NCBI GenBank assembly: GCA_018238155.1
Contig: JABCTZ010000003.1
Coordinates: 96,001 to 160,000 of the forward strand
Direction: 5' to 3'
DNA length: 64,000 nt
Source of the DNA: Candidatus Heimdallarchaeota archaeon
GTDB taxonomy: Archaea; Asgardarchaeota; Heimdallarchaeia; JABLTI01
The translations under genes and the position numbers were made by a program. This document shows, in pieces, positions 28,647 through 38,694 of the stretch; the stretch's first letter is position 1, and every line of letters begins with the position of its first letter. Under the pieces are notes generated by a model. The model searched no databases, was not told where the DNA came from, and saw nothing but the letters and a program-made list of their open reading frames with translations.

Positions 28647-29117
28647 TTATTGGATTTCTACTTGAATCTTTTTTGCATTTCCTTTTTCTGCAATAATAGT
28701 GTATTTTCCTTTCTTAAGGTCTATTACTTCAATAGCTGAATTAAATGGTTTCAGTGCTTGTCCTGCCATTGTTCCTGCTTTCTTTGCTCCGATAACTGAA
28801 ACGATGATTTTATTTTCTTGGACGTTTGCATAGCTTCCATCAAGTTTGTATCCTAAATCAGAGAAATTCCCATTAACTGAAATTTTCAATACTTCCCCTC
28901 TTTTTATTGAACTTGGTGCAGATATCTTATCTATCCACGCTGATTTTTTCGTAAAAGTGTCATTTTTCTTTTCTGGAGTTTTTACGGATTTACCTTTACC
29001 ACTTCTGGGAATTGGTTGTGATTGTTGGTCGTTTGATTGCTTCTTCTCTTTTTTTGAAAACCATTTCTTAATAAAGGACATCTTTTTTTTCACCTTGTTG
29101 TTGTATCTACGATTCAA
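28647..29117 (-). CDS. Hypothetical protein (Ig-like C-terminal domain?)
   Basis: ORF with a basic disordered N-terminus and a beta-rich C-terminus. Confidence 0.5.
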   Translation of the reverse strand: MNRRYNNKVKKKMSFIKKWFSKKEKKQSNDQQSQPIPRSGKGKSVKTPEKKNDTFTKKSAWIDKISAPSSIKRGEVLKISVNGNFSDLGYKLDGSYANVQENKIIVSVIGAKKAGTMAGQALKPFNSAIEVIDLKKGKYTIIAEKGNAKKIQVEIQ

Positions 29118-29239
29118 TTATTGTGATTCAAATTTAAGGTTTCTCTTGCAATAAAATACTTCATTTCTGATTGAATTAGAGATAATAATTTACACAAAAC
29201 TTTAATTTAGATAATTTTCCTCAATTCATAGGCAGATAT

Positions 29240-30922
29240 TTGCTCTTAGGTTTGATACGAATGCCAGTCATAGATATCCCACTCGCAAAACTCAACAAAC
29301 TACTTGGTAAAGTCCTCACAGTAGATGAGATTGAAGAATACTCACTACAATTGGGTACCAAAATTGATGATAAACGTGAAGATAGTATTAAAATTGAATA
29401 CGATCCAAATAGACCCGATTTTTGCAGCATTCCCGGTTTTGCTCGAGCACTTAAAGGTATTATTGGAATAGAAAATGGCTTGCCTAAATACCTGTTGAAA
29501 GACAGTGGCATTATTGTTAAAGTTGAGAAATCTGTTGAAAAAATACGCCCAATAATTAAATGTGCTGTAGTACGGGGTGTTGATTTAGATGCAGATGATA
29601 TTGCTAATTTAATGCAAACACAGGAAACTCTTCATTGGGTTATCGGTAGAGATCGCAAGAAAGTTAGTATTGGCATTCATGATATGAAAGAATTAGTTTC
29701 TCCATACAAATACTATGGTGTTAAAGCTGATAGTCATCCATTTGTTCCTCTTGGTGAGGACGAGGAAATGACTCCTCAACAAATATGTAAGGATCATCCT
29801 AAAGGGTCAAAGTATGCCCATCTAGTTCAACTTGATGGTATTGTTCCTTTTCTAGTGGATAATAATGAAGGTGTTTTATCGTTCCCTCCAATAATAAATG
29901 GCATTTTAACACTTGTTACAGAAAAAACAAAAGATATCTTCATTGATGCTACAGGCACGGATGACCGTGCTGTAACAGATGCTCTTGAAATTCTAACCTC
30001 TTCCTTTGCTGAAAATGGTTATCAGGTTGAAACAGTAACAATGGAAACCTCTGATGGAAAGAAAGTTATCACACCAACCTTTGCAGCACCCATAAAACAA
30101 CTGCACCCAAAATACGTTACTGATATTCTGGGTCTAGAATTTACTCAAGATGAACTCATAAAATATCTTTTAAAAGCTAGATATGGTATTGATAAGTCGG
30201 CAAAAGAAGGGAAAACTATTCCAGTTAAAGTTCCTTCCTATAGAGTTGATGTTCTCCATGAGGTCGATCTTATTGAAGATATTGCTATAGCTTATGGTTA
30301 TCATCTTATGGAACCCGAAATCGATGATATTGTTTCATTCGGTTCTCAACATCCTGTATTCAGAATGCAAAATAAATCCAGAGAAATCCTAGTTGGATTG
30401 GGGTTCATTGAAATGGTTAGCTATACACTCGTTTCTAGAAACTGGCATTATTCAAAAATGCTCACTGAAGGAAATCCAATCGAGTTATTAAATCCTGTAA
30501 GCAGTGAATTCAATATTTTCCGTGATAGTATAGTTCCTAGTTTAATCAATATTCTACAAAAAAACAAACCCTACTCTCTTCCACAGAAGATATTCGAAGT
30601 AGGGGACATTTCAAGAAGAGATGATTCTCTAGAAACTAAAGCTTCTCGAGAGATTTTCTTAAGTGGTGCAATTATTCATCCTAAGATGAATTTTGTTGAA
30701 ATTAAATCAAATGTAGAAGCAATCCTAAAAGCTCTTGGAGTTAAAAAATACAAGCTTCAAAGTGCATCTCATCCAAGTTTCTTCGATGGTAGATGCGCAA
30801 AGATAATGGTCAAAAGCTCAAAGATTGGCATTTTTGGCGAAATTAATCCTAAAGTTCTAACAAACTTTGAACTTGAAAACCCTGTAGGCGCATTCGAAAT
30901 CGAAATAGAGAAACTCTTCTAA
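29240..30922 (+). CDS. pheT: Phenylalanyl-tRNA synthetase beta subunit (likely start ATG 29261)
   Basis: PNRPDF, GRDRKKVSIGIHD, SFPPIIN, YRVDVLHEVDLIEDIAIAYG. Confidence 0.96.
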   Translation: MLLGLIRMPVIDIPLAKLNKLLGKVLTVDEIEEYSLQLGTKIDDKREDSIKIEYDPNRPDFCSIPGFARALKGIIGIENGLPKYLLKDSGIIVKVEKSVEKIRPIIKCAVVRGVDLDADDIANLMQTQETLHWVIGRDRKKVSIGIHDMKELVSPYKYYGVKADSHPFVPLGEDEEMTPQQICKDHPKGSKYAHLVQLDGIVPFLVDNNEGVLSFPPIINGILTLVTEKTKDIFIDATGTDDRAVTDALEILTSSFAENGYQVETVTMETSDGKKVITPTFAAPIKQLHPKYVTDILGLEFTQDELIKYLLKARYGIDKSAKEGKTIPVKVPSYRVDVLHEVDLIEDIAIAYGYHLMEPEIDDIVSFGSQHPVFRMQNKSREILVGLGFIEMVSYTLVSRNWHYSKMLTEGNPIELLNPVSSEFNIFRDSIVPSLINILQKNKPYSLPQKIFEVGDISRRDDSLETKASREIFLSGAIIHPKMNFVEIKSNVEAILKALGVKKYKLQSASHPSFFDGRCAKIMVKSSKIGIFGEINPKVLTNFELENPVGAFEIEIEKLF

Positions 30923-30956
30923 ATAAAAATATTTTTTGAAAGCTAAAAACCTGCTT

Positions 30957-32483
30957 TCAAAATATTATTGGTGTGTTTCTTAGTCTATCAATATTGGTAC
31001 TATAGACTTCTCTAATATCATCAAGATCAAGCTTTAACATTACCAAACGATCTAAACCTTGCCCCCAAGCAAGGACTTTTTCTTTTACTCCAAATGGCAA
31101 TGTAACTTCGGGTCTAAATATTCCCGAACCTCCCATTTCAAACCATGTTTTGAATTTATCTACATAAATTAGTGTTGACATTGACGGTTCTGTGTACGGA
31201 TAAAATGATGGTGTTAATCGTATTTTTTTGAAACCCATTTTTCCATAGAAAGTTTTAATCGTACCCATCAAATTTCTTAGTGTTACATTCTTATCAACGA
31301 TGATCCCTTCAAATTGCATAAATTCAGCTAAATGTTTGAAATCGATTGCTTCATTTCGATATGTTCTGTCAATTGAAAAAACTTTTTCAGGAGGAGTCCA
31401 TTCTTTGTAAGCTTTTGATAGATGTCTTACAGTAGTTGCTGTTGTGTGTGTTCGCAAGACTAAACGTTCAGCTTCTGTTAAAGACCATTTGTATCCCCAA
31501 CCTTTACTTTTTGTTTTCCAACCATTTTCGTGTGTTTCAGCTACCTTTTTTACAATTTCTTTTGGAGGTAAATCTGCTTTATTTGGTTGGTTTAGTTTAA
31601 AAGTATCATGCATTTCTCTGGCTGGATGATCTTGAGGTTGAAATAAAGCATCAAAGTTCCAAAATTCGGATTCTACAATCGGTCCTCGAATTTCATGAAA
31701 ACCCATTTCAAAAAAGATTTCTCGCATCTCATTTACTACTTCAATTACAGGATGTCTTCTTCCAAAATAAGTGACTGGTACTTTTTCTGTAGGGTCATAT
31801 GCTTTGAATTTCTTTTTACTCCAACTCCCAGTTATGATCATTTTAGGAGTTAATGTTGTTTCCAATTTGTCTTGGATTTTCAACCCTTTTTTCAATACTT
31901 GTTGTCCATCACTGGTCAATTTAGCAATGCGTATTCTCTTTTCATTTATAATCAGAATCTTTCTTTTACTGAGATTTTTAATACTTTCTTGCACTTTTGG
32001 ATCCTTTAGCTGTTTTTGAATTTCATTATTATTTATTGAAACTAGGATTTGTTCATCTAAATCTTCAGTCATTTCCTTTGCTTCTACGAAAGTTTTCTTA
32101 CCTTCTTTTGAGAATTCCACCCAATTTTTACGACGCAACCATCCAATGGCTATATTAACTAATAATGGATCTAAACCGGATTTTTCTTTGAAATCGTCCA
32201 ATAATATTTTTCTTTTCATTTTCTGTAACGCAACAAATACTTGTTTTTCTGGCAAACCTATTTTCAAATAACTCTTTCCCTCTTTAGTCAAGTCTATTTC
32301 TTGCTCTGTTTTCTCTATACTATCAAGTAATCCCATTTCGGAAAGTTCGAGTATAATTTTCGCAATAACTACTTGATCTAGTTTTGTAGCCTTCACTAGT
32401 TTTGGTTGCGAAATTTCTTTCTCATTTTGTATAAACTTTAGTATTTTTGCTTGATTTGCTGTTACAGAAGTGGTTGCTGGCAT
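30957..32483 (-). CDS. pheS: Phenylalanyl-tRNA synthetase alpha subunit (archaeal/eukaryotic type)
   Basis: FWNFDALFQPQDHPAREMHDTF, LRTHTT, PYTEPS, GSGIFRPEV. Confidence 0.97.
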   Translation of the reverse strand: MPATTSVTANQAKILKFIQNEKEISQPKLVKATKLDQVVIAKIILELSEMGLLDSIEKTEQEIDLTKEGKSYLKIGLPEKQVFVALQKMKRKILLDDFKEKSGLDPLLVNIAIGWLRRKNWVEFSKEGKKTFVEAKEMTEDLDEQILVSINNNEIQKQLKDPKVQESIKNLSKRKILIINEKRIRIAKLTSDGQQVLKKGLKIQDKLETTLTPKMIITGSWSKKKFKAYDPTEKVPVTYFGRRHPVIEVVNEMREIFFEMGFHEIRGPIVESEFWNFDALFQPQDHPAREMHDTFKLNQPNKADLPPKEIVKKVAETHENGWKTKSKGWGYKWSLTEAERLVLRTHTTATTVRHLSKAYKEWTPPEKVFSIDRTYRNEAIDFKHLAEFMQFEGIIVDKNVTLRNLMGTIKTFYGKMGFKKIRLTPSFYPYTEPSMSTLIYVDKFKTWFEMGGSGIFRPEVTLPFGVKEKVLAWGQGLDRLVMLKLDLDDIREVYSTNIDRLRNTPIIF

Positions 32484-32620
32484 AAGCTCTACCTCATATT
32501 CCTAACAATTTTCAAGTTCAATAATTGAAAAATCTTTCCATGGAAATAATTCATTTTGGAGTATATCATTAAATTTAAGAAAACGTTTTATTTCAATCAG
32601 ATTTACATAGAATAGAATCC

Positions 32621-33163
32621 TTGGTGAATGATTTGGTCGTAATAACAATCTCTGGTCCTCATGGTGCAGGAAAAAGCACTTATGCAAAAGCTATCGCTAA
32701 AGCTCTTAATCTCAAGTATGTTTCTTCTGGCGAAATCTTTAGAAGTTTAGCAAAAGAAAATAGTTGTGATCTTGAGATTTTTTCCAAGAAATGTGAGAAG
32801 GATAAATCTATTGATAATAGAATTGATCAAATAACCATTGATGAGGCTAAAAAAGGTAATGTTGTTTTAGAAGGTCAATTAGCATCTTGGATGGCCAAAG
32901 ATTTTTCTGATTTCAATATCTATGTTACTGCATCTCTTGATGTTCGAGTAAAGCGTATTGCAGGTCGAGATAAAACCGATTTTAACAAAGCCAAAAGAGA
33001 AACTATTGCACGAACTAGGAGTGCTATTCAACGGTTCAAACGAATGTATAAAATTGATACCGAAAATAAAGATATTTATGATATAATTCTCAGCTCAGAT
33101 CGTTTATCTAAACAAAAATGCATGAATATTCTTATTGCTGCATGCAAAGAGTTCGTCGAATGA
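32621..33163 (+). CDS. cmk: Cytidylate kinase (archaeal)
   Basis: ITISGPHGAGKST, VVLEGQLA; next to rpl14e/cbf5. Confidence 0.9.
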   Translation: MVNDLVVITISGPHGAGKSTYAKAIAKALNLKYVSSGEIFRSLAKENSCDLEIFSKKCEKDKSIDNRIDQITIDEAKKGNVVLEGQLASWMAKDFSDFNIYVTASLDVRVKRIAGRDKTDFNKAKRETIARTRSAIQRFKRMYKIDTENKDIYDIILSSDRLSKQKCMNILIAACKEFVE

Positions 33164-33317
33164 TTTTTTTTGGATTTCGTTTTGAAGGGAAAAGTTAAAA
33201 ACCATTTGCAATTGTTTTTGTTTTAACTCAGAATAGATGCTTATTTAGGCTTCCTCGCAAGGTGACGCGGGGACCAGGTTTGAAGCAAAATAAATCTGTG
33301 AAAGGAGTTAACAAACT

Positions 33318-33593
33318 ATGATTGAAATTGGTCGAATAGTAATTAAAACAGCAGGTCGAGAAGCTTTGAAGAAAGCAGTTGTTGTTGATATAATTGATAA
33401 AAATTATATTTTAATTACGGGACCTCCTAGCCTGAGTGGTCTCAAGAGAAGACGAGTAAATATCAGTCATCTTGAACCAACCAAGAAGAAGGTAGAAATA
33501 ACCCGTAAGGCAACTGATGCCGACGTACTTGCCGCAGCAAAAGCTGCTGGTCTTGATGCTTTTATCAAAGAACGTCTCAAGCTTAATGTATAG
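33318..33593 (+). CDS. rpl14e: 50S ribosomal protein L14e
   Basis: IEIGRIVIKTAGREA...VVVDIID...TGP...RRRVNISHLEPT. Confidence 0.95.
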   Translation: MIEIGRIVIKTAGREALKKAVVVDIIDKNYILITGPPSLSGLKRRRVNISHLEPTKKKVEITRKATDADVLAAAKAAGLDAFIKERLKLNV

Positions 33594-33770
33594 TAAATTG
33601 AAGAGGTTTGATTTTTAATCTTTTTTTAAGAAAATTAATCAAACATTTCTTTCCTTTTCTTGAATCAAGAAGGAAAGCTTTTATTTTTCTTCTATTCAAA
33701 GGGAATTGTTTTTAGTGAAATAGGATAGATAGATATATCGAATAATTACATCCATTGGTGTTGGAAAGCT

Positions 33771-34784
33771 ATGTCATCACAGTCTCGAATCTTACCATCA
33801 GAAAAAAAGCGAAAACTATTAGTCAAAACAGATGATTTTGAAATAACTAATCATGGTTTGATTCCTGAAGAACGAGATGTTAAGGAGCTTATTCGGTTGG
33901 GGGTTATCAATGTTGACAAACACCCAAATCCGACTAGTCAAGAGATTGTTGCTACGGTAAAAAGGATTTTTAATTTGCGAAAAGCAGGGCACTCTGGAAC
34001 ACTTGACCCTTCTGTAACGGGCATTCTTCCTATTGCTTTGGAAGATGCAACAAAAATCACCGATGCACTCCTTCCTTCTGGAAAAGAATATGTTTGTATA
34101 ATGCATCTTCATAGTCTGGTGAAGAAGGGTGACCTACGAGAAATAATCACTCAATTCCATGGAGAGATCTATCAAAAGCCACCCGTTAAATCTTCTGTGA
34201 AAAGAGTTCTAAGAACAAGAAAAATCTATTATATCGACCTCTTGGAAGTAGATGGTCAAGATGTTTTATTCCAAGTAGGTTGTGAAAAAGGCACTTACAT
34301 TCGGAAACTTTGTCATGATATTGGTTTGACTTTAGGTACTGGTGCACACATGAAAGAATTGCGCCGAACAAAAACAGGTCCATTCAGAGAAGATGAAACA
34401 TTAGCCTCATTAACTCGAGTTTTTGATGCTTATGAGGTTTGGAAAGAATCTGGTGATGAAGAGGAACTTCGTCAAGTTGTTTTACCAATGGAACGTGGTT
34501 TAACTCATTTGCCAAAAATAGTCATTCGTGATAACGCAATTGGTGCTATCTGTCATGGTGCAAGTTTGGCTATGCCAGGAGTAATTAAAGTCGATGATAT
34601 TATTGAGAAGGATTCTCTCATTCTTTTAGAAAGCCTGAAAGGAGAAGCAATAGCATTAGCCAAAGCTATTGAAAGCTCTAAGACTATCTTAACAGAAAAT
34701 CATGGTTTAGCCGCCAAAACATCTCGAGTATTAATGGATCGCGATGTTTATCCGAAAGATTGGAAGGAATCGGTCAAAAAATGA
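33771..34784 (+). CDS. cbf5: H/ACA RNA-guided pseudouridine synthase Cbf5
   Basis: KAGHSGTLDP, IYQKPP..SSVKR, GTYIRKLCHD, PUA domain. Confidence 0.96.
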   Translation: MSSQSRILPSEKKRKLLVKTDDFEITNHGLIPEERDVKELIRLGVINVDKHPNPTSQEIVATVKRIFNLRKAGHSGTLDPSVTGILPIALEDATKITDALLPSGKEYVCIMHLHSLVKKGDLREIITQFHGEIYQKPPVKSSVKRVLRTRKIYYIDLLEVDGQDVLFQVGCEKGTYIRKLCHDIGLTLGTGAHMKELRRTKTGPFREDETLASLTRVFDAYEVWKESGDEEELRQVVLPMERGLTHLPKIVIRDNAIGAICHGASLAMPGVIKVDDIIEKDSLILLESLKGEAIALAKAIESSKTILTENHGLAAKTSRVLMDRDVYPKDWKESVKK

Positions 34785-35404
34785 CCCCCCATTATTTCTC
34801 AGAAAAACCATCCACAACTGGAAAAACTATTCAAATACATTCTCATCAATTAGGTAATCGCTTAGCTTTTAAAAGTCAATCTGGAATTTTTGGTTGGAAG
34901 AAAGTAGATACAGGTAGCGAACTTTTATTAAATACTTTAATTCTGCCATCAAAATCCGGTTTGACTATTTTGGACCTTGGTTGCGGGTATGGATTTTTGG
35001 GTATTGCATTAGCAAAAGCATATCCACAAAATAATTTTATTTTAACAGATATTAACAAGTTAGCTGTGAGATTAACTAAAGAAAATTGTAAAACAAATAA
35101 TGTTCTTCAAAACACTAGAGTGTGTCAAGGGAATTTATATGAACCCATTAAAAATGACCTCTTTGATATTATCATAACAAATCCACCTTTGATGGCTGGT
35201 AAAGCAATATTGAAGGAAATTATTGCCAATTCAGTCAATTACTTGAATGAACAAGGATCAATACAACTTGTTGTTCCAAAGAAGAAAGGGTTAGTCTCAA
35301 TGCAAAAGATGTTAGTAAGTGTTTATGGAACATATCAAATTCTAGCAAAAGAATCGGGTTTTTGGATATTGAAATCCGAGAAAACAAAAGTTCAAATGAA
35401 TTAA
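34760..35404 (+). CDS. RsmC-like small methyltransferase (likely start 34781)
   Basis: HYFSEKP, VDTGSELL, LDLGCGYG, TNPP. Confidence 0.88.
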   Translation: MEGIGQKMTPHYFSEKPSTTGKTIQIHSHQLGNRLAFKSQSGIFGWKKVDTGSELLLNTLILPSKSGLTILDLGCGYGFLGIALAKAYPQNNFILTDINKLAVRLTKENCKTNNVLQNTRVCQGNLYEPIKNDLFDIIITNPPLMAGKAILKEIIANSVNYLNEQGSIQLVVPKKKGLVSMQKMLVSVYGTYQILAKESGFWILKSEKTKVQMN

Positions 35405-35468
35405 GAATTTTATTTCTAATGGAAAAGCTAAAAAAGAGGTAAAAATCTTTAAACATAATTGAAAAATA

Positions 35469-35587
35469 GCCGAGGTGGCCTAGCCTGGTAGGGCGATTGC
35501 CTGGAATTTTTTTCCAAGTAATGAGCAATATACCGGTAAGCAATTGTGTGAAAGCACGCGCGAGTTCGAATCTCGTCCTCGGCACCA
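35469..35587 (+). tRNA. tRNA-Ser(GGA) with canonical intron 35507-35538
   Basis: Acceptor GCCGAGG/CCTCGGC, anticodon stem ATTGC/GCAAT, long variable arm, GCGAG-TTCGAAT-CTCGT, CCA; BHB helix CTGG/CCGG. Confidence 0.9.
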
Positions 35588-35682
35588 ATCCTTTCTCAAT
35601 GCTATCACATTTAATATGGATACTTTCCGCCAACTCTATTCTTTGCTTTTTTAATGCCAATTTAGGTCTTTTTAAATAAAAA

Positions 35683-36039
35683 TTGGAATATATTATTGAG
35701 AACTATGAGTTGACAATTATGGCTGAAAGTGCTAATAGTAATACTACTAATAATACTGCTAAAGGGTTTAGAAATAACTATGGAACGAAGATTTGTGATA
35801 TCATTCACTTCTATAATAAACAACGTTCTAATAGCTTACAAGTATTTGTGGAGGATCCTTATCTAAAAAATGGTCAATGGCCAACCAGTGGGTCTATTCG
35901 TCTTGTTCTAACCAAATTTGGTGAACCAAATCAAATTAACGCAATTAAACTGACTTTTGCTGAAGCAACTGAGCTTATCTTTCGATTACAAAGTGGTCTA
36001 CAAGCATCCTTTAGTAAAGAAGCTGCTCTTAGAAAATAA
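35683..36039 (+). CDS. Hypothetical protein
   Basis: 118 aa ORF followed by a T-rich terminator-like tract. Confidence 0.6.
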   Translation: MEYIIENYELTIMAESANSNTTNNTAKGFRNNYGTKICDIIHFYNKQRSNSLQVFVEDPYLKNGQWPTSGSIRLVLTKFGEPNQINAIKLTFAEATELIFRLQSGLQASFSKEAALRK

Positions 36040-36202
36040 GTTTAAACATTCCTTTTTCTTTTTAGAGAGTTTGTTTTACTTTCAATACCTCTTTTTTTGC
36101 TGATTTCTCTCTTTTTTTGCCTTTCATTAATGGATAAAGTCGAATAATTCAAATAATTAAGTTGTTAGCATTAATTAGAATAATTGTAAGGAATTAACAA
36201 TC

Positions 36203-37066
36203 TTGAGAAATTCAAACGGTGGAGTAATCTGGCTAATTTTATCTGGAGCAGCAGTGGGTTTTGCATTGTCCCTTATTCTTGCTTCTATGTTATTTTTGCA
36301 GTATTTGATCCCTGTCTTCATTCTCTTAGTAATCAGTGGTTTTATCTGTGCTAGAGTAATTGGAAGGAGTGGTGGAGAATTTTCCGAAGACACAAAAAGC
36401 TATGCTCTAATTTTAGAGGGCATAATTTTCGGAATAACCTTTGATTTGATGCGCTACAGATATGATTGGATGATTAATATCTTCAAATTTATTGCCATTG
36501 GAACTTTTTTCATTCTATTTGCAATAGTTTACAAGCGGAATTTAGAGGAGTATACAAATAATCATCCTGATGATGGACCATATATGGCAATAATGCGTCC
36601 CTCAATTCTTTATATATTGGTTGGTTGTAATTTTGCTCTTGCAGTCAATTGCATTGTTGAAGCTTTTATGGGGTCTGCGTATTTCTTTGTTTTGTTACCT
36701 TTAATGGTACTTTTTGGCGTATTATTGATGTTTTTCTCAAAAGCAGATTTCGATTTGTTGAGTACGGATTCTGGCGTTTGGAATCAGCTTTTTGCAGGAA
36801 TGATGTTGGGTTTTGCTTATGATTTAGCCCTCTTCAGAGTTCTCTTATGGCAAGATATTATCAAGTTATTCATTGTTTGTATGATGTTCACAATAACTGC
36901 TTTATTTATTCGAATGAAGAAACCAACAAAGATGGGTATAGGTGGTATTTCTCTTGAATCCACTAAATCTAAGAAGAAAAAATCTTCGTCTGGTGTTGAA
37001 ATCTCTTTCGCTGAGAAAAAACCTCGCAGAAAGTCTACAAAATCTACAAGCAAGAAGAGGAGATAA
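36203..37066 (+). CDS. Multi-pass membrane protein with basic tail
   Basis: About 8 TM segments with an apparent internal duplication (GITFDL / GFAYDL). Confidence 0.65.
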   Translation: MRNSNGGVIWLILSGAAVGFALSLILASMLFLQYLIPVFILLVISGFICARVIGRSGGEFSEDTKSYALILEGIIFGITFDLMRYRYDWMINIFKFIAIGTFFILFAIVYKRNLEEYTNNHPDDGPYMAIMRPSILYILVGCNFALAVNCIVEAFMGSAYFFVLLPLMVLFGVLLMFFSKADFDLLSTDSGVWNQLFAGMMLGFAYDLALFRVLLWQDIIKLFIVCMMFTITALFIRMKKPTKMGIGGISLESTKSKKKKSSSGVEISFAEKKPRRKSTKSTSKKRR

Positions 37067-37072
37067 TTTCTA

Positions 37073-38470
37073 ATGCAAAGAAACAGTTTTAAGTTTTTTA
37101 TTCTCTTTACCATTTTCTTGGTTCCATTTCTCTTTGCTCCTCTTACAGCTGGCTTTACTCAAGCTGCCCCTGTTGACGAGTACCCTAAATTTGGCTTTAG
37201 CTACATCAATGGTATAGTTGGTGCCACTGAATTAGAGGAGCCTGGTTATCAAAAAGCGGTTGATATTGGTGCCACTATCGAACATCGAGAATTTAGTTGG
37301 TCCTATCTTGATTCTTCTATTGAAAGTGTATATGAATGGAAAAAATTATACCTCAACAAATTTCCAGAAATGAATGCATCTATTGCACTTGGTGTTATCA
37401 GTAGTAATTACAGTGTTCTCACTTCAAAATTTAATTTTACAAGATATACAACTGTGCCTACGCCTGAATCAAATATTACTCGATTAAATGATCCATTAGT
37501 CATTATCTCTCTCAAAAATATCACTGATACTATTCTTGGAGATGTCGGTGGTTTTAGTTATATTAGCTTTGGAAATGAAGTCAATGGTTTTTTTGAGACC
37601 TATTTTAATTACCAAACTAAGTTAATGACCAATACAGTCATGCTCGATGATTATGTTAATCTTACTGAGCAAATGTATTCTTATGTTAAAATAAAATATC
37701 CTTCAGTCAAAGTAATGATGAGTTTCCGAAATCAAATTACTTCAGATCCAATTAATATTGCTGCTATAATTGCTCGCTTTAACAACTCTTGTGATATATA
37801 CTCTATGACAGCCAGAATATTCACAAATGATTTTGGTTTTCTTGACATCCTCTCAGAGAATGAAATTATAGCTCGCTTCAAGAATTTCATTGATTTAACG
37901 GGTTCTAAGAAATTTGCTGTAACAAATACATTTACCATTTCTGATAGTAGTGCAGGTGGTTCTGAACTATACCAAGCCAATTTCGTTCGATCACTGTTTA
38001 AACTAGCACGTGATTATTCTGATAAAATGGAGTTTCTATGTTGGTATCATATTTTTGATTTGCCTCGTGGTTATCTTGGAATGATTTTTAATCCATTCCT
38101 TGAAGCTCAACGTTCTCTTGGTTTATTGACAGAATTTGGTGATTATAAGATGTCTTATTTCGCTTGGATTGAAGAAATGCGAGCTCTTGGTCGATTGCCA
38201 AATTATTATACTCCTTGGAAGATTGCACTTTATTCAATAACCTTAACTGCAATTGGCGGATTTTTGGTCTTTGCCTATGTTATGGAAGGCATTGATTTCT
38301 ATAAGAAACAACAACAAAAAGAAACACCCCCTGATGAAATTGATTTTATACAAAAACCTAAGGAACCTTCCAAAAAGAAGAAACGCAAATCAAAGGGATC
38401 TATTGTTTTTGATAAAAGATACTCCTATGATGACAAAGAAGAATCAGTAACAGCTGAAGAAGAGAAGTAA
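37073..38470 (+). CDS. Secreted, membrane-anchored glycoside-hydrolase-like (clan A barrel) protein
   Basis: Signal peptide, ISFGNEVN motif, C-terminal TM and charged tail. Confidence 0.5.
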   Translation: MQRNSFKFFILFTIFLVPFLFAPLTAGFTQAAPVDEYPKFGFSYINGIVGATELEEPGYQKAVDIGATIEHREFSWSYLDSSIESVYEWKKLYLNKFPEMNASIALGVISSNYSVLTSKFNFTRYTTVPTPESNITRLNDPLVIISLKNITDTILGDVGGFSYISFGNEVNGFFETYFNYQTKLMTNTVMLDDYVNLTEQMYSYVKIKYPSVKVMMSFRNQITSDPINIAAIIARFNNSCDIYSMTARIFTNDFGFLDILSENEIIARFKNFIDLTGSKKFAVTNTFTISDSSAGGSELYQANFVRSLFKLARDYSDKMEFLCWYHIFDLPRGYLGMIFNPFLEAQRSLGLLTEFGDYKMSYFAWIEEMRALGRLPNYYTPWKIALYSITLTAIGGFLVFAYVMEGIDFYKKQQQKETPPDEIDFIQKPKEPSKKKKRKSKGSIVFDKRYSYDDKEESVTAEEEK

Positions 38471-38694
38471 TTTTTCCTCTTCCTCAAATCTTTTTTTTGT
38501 TGGAAAAACAGACTGATAATTGGATAGGCATTGTTTGGATCAAAATAAGTAATGAATTTCGATACGATTTGTTCATTGAATAATCCATTCCAAATTTAAG
38601 CAAGCGTTCTTTTATTTTGCTCCCAGAGATAGATTAAATGGTTCTGCAACTTTAAATTTAGGATGATTCGTTACTAAGGAAAAAAGAAAAGATA

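Noticed and set aside
35235-35679. ORFs 35235-35660 and 35497-35679
   Set aside because: They overlap tRNA-Ser; spurious.
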